Shown here in pieces: positions 40,755-51,900 of a stretch of 64,000 nt of DNA. The notes under the pieces were generated by a model, which ran no database searches, was not told where the DNA came from, and was given only the letters and a program-made list of their open reading frames with translations. The stretch lies in contig JBHLKM010000006.1 in NCBI GenBank assembly GCA_048886685.1, positions 128,001-192,000 of the forward strand, given 5' to 3'. Position 1 is the first letter of the stretch. The number at the start of each line of letters is the position of its first letter. The stretch comes from Candidatus Hodarchaeota archaeon. GTDB taxonomy: Archaea; Asgardarchaeota; Lokiarchaeia; Sigyniarchaeales; SOKP01. The position numbers were made by a program, and so were the translations under genes.

Positions 40755-41870
40755 TCAATCTTTCGCTTTAACTTCTGCTTTTTCTGTTGCTTTTAAATTT
40801 GTATAGGTATTTTCAAGTACAGTCAAGTATTCAATTAAAACTTGATCAGATTTTGATTTTTGTTCATATACTGTTTTAATAACGTTCATTAGGTATTTTG
40901 GAAACATTAAGTCTAAGTGAAAATCAGAAAGAAGTGCATAATATTCATTACCTCTTTCATCCTGGAACACTTGTATTAATTGAGTGTCCCAAAGCATCTT
41001 TAGCACATCGTCAAGATCTTCAACACCCTTTTTTTTAAGTTTCTCTAGGTCATTCTTAGTGACTACTGTAGTTCTTAGTAAACTTATAGTTTCATAAACT
41101 TGTGGATTAGTAAGAACATCTAATATTCTGAGATTATCTCCTTCTGAGGGTTGATAATTTTGAAAATATCTCTTCACATCAGTTTTATAAGTTTCAACAA
41201 GCTGAGAAGGTAAACCTCGATCTGCTGGATCTCGTAAAATAATAACCGGTGGTACGCGCATAAGTACAATATCTTTAATTAAGAATATTAGTTCAGAAGG
41301 CATCCCTTTTACTGATGCTTCTTTGACTATTTCACGTTTTATAAGTTCCATTAAAACGCCATCGACATCCACAAAACCTTGTTTATATCTATCTTTTAGC
41401 CATATCATTAATTCTGATTTAGAAACTACACCTTCATCCCTTAAACGTTTAATTATCATACGTTTTATTTCATCTTGATATGTAAGCGCAAGTCGTTGTT
41501 CAATACTTAAAGTAGGATATACTGATAATCGTCGGAATAGCGTAGGGATCATCTGTAGAAAGGCATCATCTTTTAAATTTGACAGGATAATTCTAGAAAC
41601 ATCTATCAATCCTTCTTCATACATATCAGGATCATCATCAAGATTCAAAAGTAGAAGAATGTAGAAGTTTTTCTCTGGTCCGGTATAATATGATGCAATA
41701 TTTAAGGACCCAATCATTAGACTAATCATCCCTGATTCTCCGCTATATTCATGGGTGCTATAAACTTGCATCAGTGTTTTTTCTGTTAAAACAATTTCCT
41801 CTGGGTATTTAGATAATATTTCAGTACCTGCCCTGTCATCCCATCTCATTATAACTAATCCAATTGGCAT
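40755..41870 (-). CDS. Longin/uDENN-like N-terminal domain plus predicted winged-helix domains (paralogue 1)
   Basis: N-terminal GLVIMRWDDRAGTEILSKYP resembles the uDENN/NPR2-type start; its ATG abuts the upstream stop (TAA ATG) and is preceded by GGAGGTG. Confidence 0.65.
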   Translation of the reverse strand: MPIGLVIMRWDDRAGTEILSKYPEEIVLTEKTLMQVYSTHEYSGESGMISLMIGSLNIASYYTGPEKNFYILLLLNLDDDPDMYEEGLIDVSRIILSNLKDDAFLQMIPTLFRRLSVYPTLSIEQRLALTYQDEIKRMIIKRLRDEGVVSKSELMIWLKDRYKQGFVDVDGVLMELIKREIVKEASVKGMPSELIFLIKDIVLMRVPPVIILRDPADRGLPSQLVETYKTDVKRYFQNYQPSEGDNLRILDVLTNPQVYETISLLRTTVVTKNDLEKLKKKGVEDLDDVLKMLWDTQLIQVFQDERGNEYYALLSDFHLDLMFPKYLMNVIKTVYEQKSKSDQVLIEYLTVLENTYTNLKATEKAEVKAKD

Positions 41871-44800
41871 TTATTCTACACCTCCTTTAAGATTTTTAAA
41901 TTCTCCCGTCGTTTCGGGTAATATTTTCTTTTTCTTCCTTTCAGTGCCTAATATATTTTCTAGCGATAATCCAAGCATGTCCCATCTATCTCCTAGCCGC
42001 TTTACTAAATATTCTTCCTTTGAAGGATACAGAAGTGAATCTGAGATAGCCTTTTTGCCTTTAATGTCTTTCTTCATTTTTTTTGTTTTCTTAACAAATG
42101 TGGGAATTCTAGCTTGTTGAACTACTCGATAAATAGCCAAACTACCAACAACAGCTATTGTTGCGCCAACAATCATTAAGAAATAAAATGCAGGAAAGCC
42201 AGAAATTGGCCATTCAACCATTTTAACTTCAACAACAAATGTTTTTGTTTTTGTAGAGTAATTAGTTTTTTGAACTGTAATCATTGCTGTATATGTTTGT
42301 GGAGCAAAAAATGCATCTGGTGTTTTAGGAATAGTTACTGTATACGATCCATCACCATTATCTATAATATCACCTTGACTAATAGTATAATTATTACTTC
42401 GAAATGTTACCGTGACTTCTGTTCCATTTACTAGATTATCATTGAGAAGATCTTTAATTTCAATGTCAAAAACTAAAGGTTTACCTGAAATTACTTTAAT
42501 TATATCAGATGAGTCAACTGAAAATTCTCTGGGTATAACTTTTAAAATAATAATGGCAATCCTTAGAGCGTAATTTGATTTCCCTATGGATATTGATAAC
42601 GTGTAAGTTGCAATTTCTTTTATATGAGTATCGAAGTCTAATTCATAAATTCCATCATAGAGGTTAGTTAAGAATAATATACCACTATCTACCACATTTC
42701 CATTACTATCTTCTTTTTCCCATTCACAATGAGCAATTTCACAATTAGATAGCCCTAAACCAGTATCTGCTTCGGTGTAGTTAAAGTAAAATATCTTTTC
42801 TTCCCCAAATGGCAATTCAACGGCATCTAATATTCCAGTACTATCGTTTATTCTTGTATTAATCGCATTAATTTTCACAGGAAGAATTATTTGTTTCGTT
42901 TCGTAATTTTGTTTATCTGCAATTATTTGTATAAAGTAATCACCATAACCTGGAAAATCTCCTGTATCTAAAACAAGTCTATATCTACCTCCAGAACCTA
43001 ATGGATCAAGGAGACCACTAACCCCAATAACTCCAATACCTAAATATTGAACGATAGCGTCCTCTATATCCAAATCAGGATCTGCATAAATATCTTGATA
43101 ATGAACTTCCAAGTTAATAACATCATTCCAATATGCTGTTCCAATACTCACATTAGCAGTTAAACTAGCAGTTTTATCTGCAAGTACAAATGTTATTGCA
43201 GTTGTTTTTGATATAAAACCGGGTTTTGATGCAAAGATCTCCATAGTGTATGTTATACTAGACTCCCATAATTCACCTCCAACATCTATAGGATTAGAAG
43301 TGTCAATGGTTAAGTTGTAAAGTCCTCCTCCAATGTCATTGAACTCTAATGTCTGTATATTTAATATTTGAGTCCCAATCTTTATATTGTAATTCACATC
43401 AGCATCAATTATCCCTGTTGGGTTAGTTTCATTTACTGTAAATGTATAATTAACTTGAAAGGATATCAATTCACCTAAAATTGTACCTTCTTCATAAACT
43501 TCGGGTAAAGCTATTGCGGTATCAAAAGAAGGTGCGAATGTAACATTAACAATTTTTGAGTCGGCTTGATAAAAGGGAAGTGTTATATTTTTCAAATTAG
43601 AAGGATCTAAATCACCAAGGGCACTGATATCTCTTGGTTCAGTATCAAACCAGGTAAGTGTGAAAGTAACATTACCATCAGGACTACTAGTGAAATTTTG
43701 CCAACGAAAAATTACATTCCCATTTTCATCTGAGTTTTCCGAACCAATGAAATCTGGTCCAGTTCCATTATCAATCCAAAAATCGACTTTTGCTCCTTCT
43801 AAAAATCCCTTAAAAGCTGCCGTTTCATTATATCGGTGTAGTGTTAAATTCAGAGTAGTAAGCTCTACATTTGTAAATTCTGTTAAATTAACGCCAAAAG
43901 TATCAACAGTATTATCATTGATGTCAATTGTTTTAGGGGTAGTTATAGTTAAAGGTTCTTTACCATATTTTTCATATGATACATTTACTACATATGAACC
44001 ATTATTCAGTCGATTAAAAATAGCTATTCCAGAATCATCCGTATATTGAACCCAATTTTCATTATAATTTGAAGCATTCCATAAAGTAACAGTCGCATCG
44101 GGAACAAGATTGTTGTCTATATCTGTAACATTCACTTTTAAATTGTAAAACAGACTGTCCTGTTCATAAATGTAAAAATTGATAGGATTTCTTAGAGTCT
44201 TAAAGGTATTATCGAATAATTCGATCAGTTCAGTCGTATTTAAAGGAGTAGAGACACCTATATTATCAATATATTCCCAGAAATCAATAATTAACTTATA
44301 ATCGCTTCCCCCAATATTATTTTGGAAATCATTTAGAGAACCGGGTGTATATCTAACGATATCATTTATTGCATCGTAAAAAACAGTTCCATTTAAATAG
44401 GTAATGGTTGCAAGAATATCGGAAGTTGAATATCCAGCAACAAAAACTCCAAGTGTGTCTTTTGTAGCAACATGTATTGGATCATGAATTATTGTATAAT
44501 TTTCTGATATAAACTGATCATTATTTAAACCATCTACAAAATTTCCATCATAATAGAAATGAAAGTTTTCATTCTGGCTCAAACCAGATAGATCATAATA
44601 TGTATTCATTGGAATCATTGACGCAATTGTCGAATTATATACATTATCAAAATAAATTTCTCTATTGATGTTCCATAGATTATAATCATAGTAAAAAGTA
44701 CAATAATCTATAGTGGACATATCAAATGCTTTATTCCATTCTATACGATAACGCGAAAATACTTGTCCATTTTCGATTTCAGTTATTGATTGAATTGTAG

Positions 44801-46259
44801 ATGGAATTGATGCATATTTATAATCCTCGATCATTTGATCTGAAAGAGCACTATTATAAATTGCAACCTCATCAATATCACCATTAAAATAGGTATCAAT
44901 ATGATCTGTGGATCCAATTGTAAATGGACTTCCCTCAGCTTGATCTAAATCAGTAGCACCACTCCATGCAGTAGAAGTATACCAGGCATCGTTTATCTTT
45001 ACATCAACATCACCAGAATCATATCGAAGAGCAATAAAATTCCATTCACCAACACTAACATCTCCGGAGTTACCAAAATTAGCATAAGTATCTCTTGTTT
45101 CAGTATCGATATATACATGGATTGTTCCTGGACTTGTTCCTCCAATTGATCCAGAATTTATTCCTATTTCAAAATTATCGTTATATGGATCGCTTGCTTT
45201 AGCCATAAAACAATTCTGTGTATAATGATTACTTTGCAGATCTGTTAAAGCTGCTGGTTTAATCCAGAGAGTGATGGTAAATTCTGTGCTATAATCATTG
45301 AAAGGATCCCCAGATCCTTCCAGAGCAGCTCCAAAACTCAAATCATCATTTCCATCAAATGATAAACCATATTTTACAACACCAGAGGTCCAAGTAGGAT
45401 CACCTCTATAGAACGAGCCATCCACCCCATAGCCACTAGTGTCCAAAACAGTTGTTCCTTGATTCTCATCCATATGAGTTAATAGTCTTAGATCTGGATG
45501 AGATAATTGTTTTTCAGGAACTAAAGATTTGTCTGTATGAAAATTATATGTGTCTTTATTTAATTCCGATACAGCCAAACCTTGCTGTAACACAGCTTCA
45601 TATAAAGATCCTGATTCTCCTACTGTAACAGTAAGTTTTCCCCCAACTAGAACACTAGTAAAGTCAGTATTATAATCTGGAATCTCAATACTATCCATAT
45701 TCTCATTATAGTAAAGGAAAAATGTTTGGTTAGATAATGCAGAAATACTAGCAATAAATGTTATAGTACAAGATTGGATATAATTTGGATTAGGATAATA
45801 GGTGATATTCCAAAGTTGAATAGGAATTGGATTACTCCATTCATTAATCCCTGTCGCATTATAACTTACTAATCTTGTACTCCCTTCATAATGTTCATTT
45901 TCCTGGAAATTAAAAAATATATCAACAGGTTGATACTTATCAAAATCATCAAGATTTTCTATTTTAAATCCAATTCTAAACCGATAAGTCTTATTCCACC
46001 ACTCTGATAAATCATACTTAAAAGCTGGATAGAATATATCGGAAGATTTTAGTGAATTGAAGTTATTATTAAAACTATCTTCATTGAAAATTTCCTTCTC
46101 TGCGGGTAAATTTGAAACATCACTGGAATTAGTAGAATTTAAAGGCAATACAGTTATAATAGAGCTTACAATAAAAATCAACAACAAACTGGCTGTTATC
46201 CTCTGTTTAAATTTCTTTTTTGCCTTAATCATTTTTTTTCTCAAATTTTTTTTAAACAA
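41871..46259 (-). CDS. Large single-pass cell-surface protein: signal/anchor, DUF2341-like, LamG/concanavalin-like, Ig-like repeats, C-terminal TM, cytoplasmic tail
   Basis: WWNKTYRFR; LamG pattern HMDENQGTTVLDTSG...LSFDG...FTITLWIK...FNGDIDEVAIYNSALS; many NxS/T sequons; TM FYFLMIVGATIAVVGSLAIY followed by a basic tail. Confidence 0.85.
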   Translation of the reverse strand: MFKKNLRKKMIKAKKKFKQRITASLLLIFIVSSIITVLPLNSTNSSDVSNLPAEKEIFNEDSFNNNFNSLKSSDIFYPAFKYDLSEWWNKTYRFRIGFKIENLDDFDKYQPVDIFFNFQENEHYEGSTRLVSYNATGINEWSNPIPIQLWNITYYPNPNYIQSCTITFIASISALSNQTFFLYYNENMDSIEIPDYNTDFTSVLVGGKLTVTVGESGSLYEAVLQQGLAVSELNKDTYNFHTDKSLVPEKQLSHPDLRLLTHMDENQGTTVLDTSGYGVDGSFYRGDPTWTSGVVKYGLSFDGNDDLSFGAALEGSGDPFNDYSTEFTITLWIKPAALTDLQSNHYTQNCFMAKASDPYNDNFEIGINSGSIGGTSPGTIHVYIDTETRDTYANFGNSGDVSVGEWNFIALRYDSGDVDVKINDAWYTSTAWSGATDLDQAEGSPFTIGSTDHIDTYFNGDIDEVAIYNSALSDQMIEDYKYASIPSTIQSITEIENGQVFSRYRIEWNKAFDMSTIDYCTFYYDYNLWNINREIYFDNVYNSTIASMIPMNTYYDLSGLSQNENFHFYYDGNFVDGLNNDQFISENYTIIHDPIHVATKDTLGVFVAGYSTSDILATITYLNGTVFYDAINDIVRYTPGSLNDFQNNIGGSDYKLIIDFWEYIDNIGVSTPLNTTELIELFDNTFKTLRNPINFYIYEQDSLFYNLKVNVTDIDNNLVPDATVTLWNASNYNENWVQYTDDSGIAIFNRLNNGSYVVNVSYEKYGKEPLTITTPKTIDINDNTVDTFGVNLTEFTNVELTTLNLTLHRYNETAAFKGFLEGAKVDFWIDNGTGPDFIGSENSDENGNVIFRWQNFTSSPDGNVTFTLTWFDTEPRDISALGDLDPSNLKNITLPFYQADSKIVNVTFAPSFDTAIALPEVYEEGTILGELISFQVNYTFTVNETNPTGIIDADVNYNIKIGTQILNIQTLEFNDIGGGLYNLTIDTSNPIDVGGELWESSITYTMEIFASKPGFISKTTAITFVLADKTASLTANVSIGTAYWNDVINLEVHYQDIYADPDLDIEDAIVQYLGIGVIGVSGLLDPLGSGGRYRLVLDTGDFPGYGDYFIQIIADKQNYETKQIILPVKINAINTRINDSTGILDAVELPFGEEKIFYFNYTEADTGLGLSNCEIAHCEWEKEDSNGNVVDSGILFLTNLYDGIYELDFDTHIKEIATYTLSISIGKSNYALRIAIIILKVIPREFSVDSSDIIKVISGKPLVFDIEIKDLLNDNLVNGTEVTVTFRSNNYTISQGDIIDNGDGSYTVTIPKTPDAFFAPQTYTAMITVQKTNYSTKTKTFVVEVKMVEWPISGFPAFYFLMIVGATIAVVGSLAIYRVVQQARIPTFVKKTKKMKKDIKGKKAISDSLLYPSKEEYLVKRLGDRWDMLGLSLENILGTERKKKKILPETTGEFKNLKGGVE

Positions 46260-46732
46260 TATTAGATTACTAAATTTTTAAAAAAAGGTTTTCAATAATA
46301 ATACTAACTAATTTCCGTATTTAATTTTTTATCTATCAAATTTGTATATCTAACTTAGAATTGTTATTTTCTCTCCAGCATTTTTATTCTTTAATAGTCA
46401 AAATATTCTATAATCATTATTGAATTTCATATAACAATATTATGATTTTGGCTGTAAAAACCTTTAATTTGGCTTTAATCATTATAAAATGTTATATTTA
46501 GTCTCTCTTATTAAGTATGAAGATTCTAAGTTATGATATCAGTATCAAAAAAAATTTAAAATAAATTTTTACCTTGAATAGTCTGACTACTTCTATCTCC
46601 TATATCGCACGTTTTCTAAATCATAAAAATTTAAATATTTTAATTTAGATTGAAGATTCAAGGAATAATTTCAAAATTTTATAGCCTCTAAATAAATGGA
46701 AAATTAGTTTTTCTTTAGATAGGTATTAAACC

Positions 46733-47767
46733 ATGTTAAGACAAGTCTACATTTTAAAAGACGATATAATGCTATACAATAAGAATTTTGGAAAATCAAT
46801 ATCAGTGGAGGATTTCCAAAAACTTATTCAAGAAATTCTTGAAGAAACTGAAAAAGGAACACATTTAGAAAGCTATGACTTTTTCAAATATAAACTCGTG
46901 TACTCTTACGGAAAAGATGAAGGATTGATGTTCATATTCATTACTGATATAAACGATGAAATAAAAAGATCTAAAGAGGAACTGAAAAAACTAAAAAATG
47001 AATTTTTAGAGACATTTGGAGATAGTTTAGACAATTTAGATCCCACACTTATGGAGATATTAGATCCCATCATAGATACAACCCATAGAAACCTTAAAAC
47101 AAAAATATCTTTAGTAGGATTTTCAGGAGTAGGGAAAACAACAACAACTAATTTAATCTGTGCTGATGAAATTCCTTCTGTTCATATTCCTACTATAACT
47201 GGGAGGATCTCAACCGTTAAAATCGGGAAACTCTATTTCCATCTATGGGATTTTGCCGGACAAGAACAATTTAGTTATTTATGGAATGATTTTATTCTTG
47301 GTAGTGATGCTGTACTAATAATAACAGATTCTACATTAGAGAATGTAGAAAAAAGTAAATTTTTCGTTGAGTTAATAAAAGAACACGCTCCTTATGCTCA
47401 TACTGCTGTAATTGGGAATAAACAAGACTTACCTGATGCCTTAAGCATTGAAAAAATACAGGAGATTTTAGGATTAAAAACTTATTCGATGGTTGCGATA
47501 GATCCAGAAAATCGCGATAAAATGATTCAAATCGTTGCAGATATATTAGAAATTAGCACTGATGCATCACCGCTGCTAAAACCATTATTTGAAAGAGATC
47601 AATTAATTAATAAGGCAAGAGCGTGTCTAGAAAGCGGTGATATAGCCCAAACTGCGGAATATTTCGAAAAAATATCAGACTTATGCCTTGAATTAGGAGA
47701 TGATACTCTTTACAAGGAGTTTTATGAGAAAGCAAAAAAATTAAAGGGTTATTTAACGAACCAATAA
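46733..47767 (+). CDS. Small GTPase (Ras superfamily, Arf/Rab-like) with N-terminal longin-like domain and C-terminal helical hairpin
   Basis: G1 GFSGVGKT, G2 PTI, G3 WDFAGQ, G4 NKQD; about 120-aa N-terminal alpha/beta domain. Confidence 0.9.
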   Translation: MLRQVYILKDDIMLYNKNFGKSISVEDFQKLIQEILEETEKGTHLESYDFFKYKLVYSYGKDEGLMFIFITDINDEIKRSKEELKKLKNEFLETFGDSLDNLDPTLMEILDPIIDTTHRNLKTKISLVGFSGVGKTTTTNLICADEIPSVHIPTITGRISTVKIGKLYFHLWDFAGQEQFSYLWNDFILGSDAVLIITDSTLENVEKSKFFVELIKEHAPYAHTAVIGNKQDLPDALSIEKIQEILGLKTYSMVAIDPENRDKMIQIVADILEISTDASPLLKPLFERDQLINKARACLESGDIAQTAEYFEKISDLCLELGDDTLYKEFYEKAKKLKGYLTNQ

Positions 47768-47847
47768 ATTAAAACTTTTTTATACGTAAGTAGCTTTTCA
47801 CTATGAATTAAATATAAAAAAAATTAAAATAAATATTTAAAAAAAAT

Positions 47848-48960
47848 TTAGTCTTCTTCTTTTTCTTCTACTTTAACCTTAATCGGTCGATAGTTATCAT
47901 CAAGAACATTAAGATATTCAATCAGAACCCCAGTTGATTTTGATTTTACTTCATATTGGTGAATTATTGTTCTTAACATGTATTTAGGGTATATCAAAGA
48001 GTTATAAAAATCTGTAAGTAAAGCATAATATTCGTTTCCTTTAGTATCTTGAAAAACATGAATCATCTGATTATTCCATAACTTCTTTAATCCACTATCG
48101 ATGTCATCAACTCCTTTTTTTCGGAGTTTCTCCAGGACATTTTTTGTAACGATTGAAATTCTAAGTAATTTTAAAATTTCATATACTTGAGGATCTGCGA
48201 TAACTTCATCTAGTATTTTAAGATTGTCCTCATCTGATGGACGATATTTTTGGAAGAATTTCCTAACAGCTATATTATATTCATCCGTAAATTTGTCAGG
48301 AAGTCCTCGCTCAGTAGGATTTTTAAGTAAAATAATTGGTGGTCTTCGAATCATGAACAAATCATTTATAAGAAAAATTAATTCTGAAGGCATACCTTTA
48401 ACTGATGCTTCTTTTATTATCTCCTTTTTGATTAATTCCATAAGAATCGCATCCACATCGAAAAATCCTTCCCTATATCGGTCCTTTAACCATATTTTCA
48501 ATTCTGATTTGCTTATCACGCCTTCTTCTCTTAACCTATTTATAATTAATCTGTTTACACCGTCAAGATATGTGATAGCTAGACTTTGCTCTTCATTTAA
48601 ATGAGGATATGTTGATAATCTTTGGAATAAGAACGGGATCATTTCTAAATATGCATTATCTTCATAGTTTTGAAAAATCACGCGTGAAATATCAGATAAT
48701 CCACCCTCATATGTATCAGCATCTTCATCTAAATTCAAGAGTAGGATGATATAAAGAGGTTTTTCTCTCCCAGTATAATATGAAGCAATGTTTAATGGAC
48801 CTACAAGTAAACTAATCATTCCTGGTTCTCCTGTATATTCATGAGCAGCATATATTTGCATTAATGTTTCCTCGGTTATAACGAGTTCATCTGGATATTT
48901 CGCAAGAATCTCTGTACTTACTTTAATATCCCATCTCATTATTACTAATCCAATTGGCAT
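47848..48960 (-). CDS. Longin/uDENN-like plus predicted winged-helix protein (paralogue 2)
   Basis: 43 of the first 60 residues identical to 40755-41870; TAATG stop/start overlap with the upstream gene, GGAGGTG upstream. Confidence 0.65.
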   Translation of the reverse strand: MPIGLVIMRWDIKVSTEILAKYPDELVITEETLMQIYAAHEYTGEPGMISLLVGPLNIASYYTGREKPLYIILLLNLDEDADTYEGGLSDISRVIFQNYEDNAYLEMIPFLFQRLSTYPHLNEEQSLAITYLDGVNRLIINRLREEGVISKSELKIWLKDRYREGFFDVDAILMELIKKEIIKEASVKGMPSELIFLINDLFMIRRPPIILLKNPTERGLPDKFTDEYNIAVRKFFQKYRPSDEDNLKILDEVIADPQVYEILKLLRISIVTKNVLEKLRKKGVDDIDSGLKKLWNNQMIHVFQDTKGNEYYALLTDFYNSLIYPKYMLRTIIHQYEVKSKSTGVLIEYLNVLDDNYRPIKVKVEEKEED

Positions 48961-51900
48961 TAGTTATTTTCACCTCCTTCTTTGGTGATCCTGTCTTTTA
49001 TTGATGATTTCTTGGTTTTTAAATCTTGTATTCCTAATGTTTCATCTATTGAAAGACCAAGTTCCTTCCAATCATCCCCAAATAGTTTTGCTGTCATTTC
49101 TTCTTTTGTTGGAATTGAAATCTCTGAAACTTTTTTCTTTGATTTGATGTAGCCCTTGATTTTCCTTATCTTTTTAACATGTTTGGGAATTCTTGCTCGT
49201 TGGATGACTCTATATGCTACAATACTTCCTACTACTCCAACTACTGACGCAGTAATCAAAATGAAGTAAAATGTTGGCATTCCTGGAAATATTTCTTCCA
49301 TTAAAACCTCTATTGTTATAGGAATCTCTCTAGTAGTAAAATTAATCATTTCAATAGTAATTTTGGCAGTCAATGTTTTTGAAGAGATGAATGTGTCAAT
49401 GCCACTTGTGCTGTAATTTAAAGTATAAATCCCTGGTATAGAAATAAAAGGAATAAAATCAATATCAACACCTCTAATGTTCAATGAAACTTGAGCATCT
49501 ATTAAACTAATATTATTCCTAGAAAGATCAACTAAATTGATAACAAAGTTAATAATATCTCCTTGATCTACTTTAATCTGATCATTCGCTTCTTTAGATT
49601 TTTTATTTGCTTCTAAAACATAATCGAACTCTCTTAATTTAATTTCTAGATTTATAAAAGCAAACCTAGCTTCGAAACTTATTTTTTGCATAGTAATAAA
49701 TAATGAATATTCACCAACTTCTCTTAATTCTGTATTAAAGTCAACATAATATGTTCTGTTAGGATTTTGTATCAACGTTCCTGTGCCCTCATATCCTGGT
49801 CCAGTAAGAGGATTTCCATTTTCATCTAATTCATGCCAACTATAGCTTGCTGTTGTTAAATCTCCAATTACCTCAAGGCTATTTGCATCTATATATGCAA
49901 ATGTGAAGTATCGAGTATCTTCAACCCAAACCTCTGGAGTTAGATAAACTAACTCTGTCAGGTCATTAAGAAGAGTTTTTCTTTCGAGAATATTAAGGTA
50001 GACTGGGAATGAAAGCCTAGTATAATTTTCAAGTGAGGCAGAAATGCTTATAACTTTTATACCTGTACTTTGCGCATCAGAACTATTAAGAGTAAATGTA
50101 TAGTATTGACTATTTAAAGGATCAGAATAGAAAGTAATAGGATCAAGTCCAATCCAACTATATGTTAACAATGCGTTTTCTAAATGAAATCCTGATTCTG
50201 CAATTGAATATTTAACTGTAATGTTTATAAGTTCGTTAAAATTTGTTGTATATGTCTGATCTAATATCAATATACGTGTATCATAATCATGTGCAGTGAT
50301 TATCGTTGGTAGTGCCTTTATTTTAACTAAATATACTATAGAAGTTGGATTGTCATATGTCGGGTGATAGCCACTTATTGCGACATCATAGTATTCTTTA
50401 TCAGTTCCGGCAGATAGAAGTCCTGAATTAACAGTTATTGTAAAATTACCATTCCCTACATAGGTCATTTTCTCTGAAATCAATATTTCTTCTGAACCGG
50501 CCACTTTTATTGTCAAATAACAGTTTCCTGGGGGTTCTGAAACGTAATCCCACGTTTGCCAGTTATCAGAAGTGGATATAAATTCTGCCCAGAAACTTAT
50601 ATCATCTTCCCAGAACGCTTCACTTGTTCCCCCTGTTGTATTAAAGGCTGTATCATAATTAGTTACATTTACTCCTGTTCCTTCTAATCTCAGGTTAAAT
50701 GTAATTGAGGAATCTCCGTGTAAAGTATAATTATATTCATTTATTTTCGCAAGTCCTGGGATCCACTGTGGAGGATCAACATACGTTATATTAAAAGGAG
50801 CATCAGTTATGTTTGCAATGTCTAAAGAGAAATTATACTTTCTCCCTATCAAGAACCAAAATGGTGTTTCATAACCATTTTTAGGACTAAATGCATATCC
50901 ATCTCTGTCGCTAAATGAGGACAAATTGACTAATGGTTGTCCGGTTAAATCATCGACTACTTTAATTGTTGCACTCCTAGGATCTCCCTCTGGGGATTCT
51001 ACACTTCCGTAATTTTCTATTACTCTAAGGTTTAACCTTGCTAAGGCTGTTCTATTATAGATATTACACGATTCTATTAAATCCAATTTAATCATACCGT
51101 TGCTAATTGTACTATTGAATCCATTGACTTCAACTAATAGACCATAAACTTCAAAATTATCACTTCTTAAATTATCATTATCAATATGTGTGATATCAAG
51201 CTCTATAAAATCATCTGTTATATTGGTGGCACTATAGACTTTATTATAAATAAGGTTTCCTACAGTTGAATCGTCCTTATCTATATAATAGATAGAAACA
51301 TCTTCAAGATAATTCTGCATATCTGTTAGAGTAATATTGGCTTTAAGGATTTTTATATTACTTAATTCAGTTTTAGAACCATTAGTATAAATTCGTTCAG
51401 AAACAGAAAAACTACCTACACTTGATTCATTTAAATTTATTGTATGATCCCTAAATTTTGCATTATCCTGAATATATTGACTTCTATAGATATAACTCTC
51501 ATTTAGCGCCAAAGGAATAAAATCACCATAATCCTCGTTATCATAAAAAACTTTATAATAATAACTCGATTTATTTAGCCACCGAAATGTTGCCCTACCA
51601 TTATTATCAAGTGTCACGCTATCTAAGAATGCGCCGCCTTTACTTTCATTAATTTCAATGTATCCATATTTTAATGGGATCCCATCCCAATCGACAACTT
51701 CAAAATCAATAGTCCATAAATCTAATTGAATATCGGTTGTATAATCTATTCCATTAAAATAGTATGGACCTATACCGGATTTACTACTATTGAAAACTTC
51801 AACTTCCTGAGAACATAAAGTATAATTCGCAGTAATATTATATCTACCACGGGGTAAGTCAGTAAACGTTATCTTACCATCAGTAGCAACTTTAGAATCA

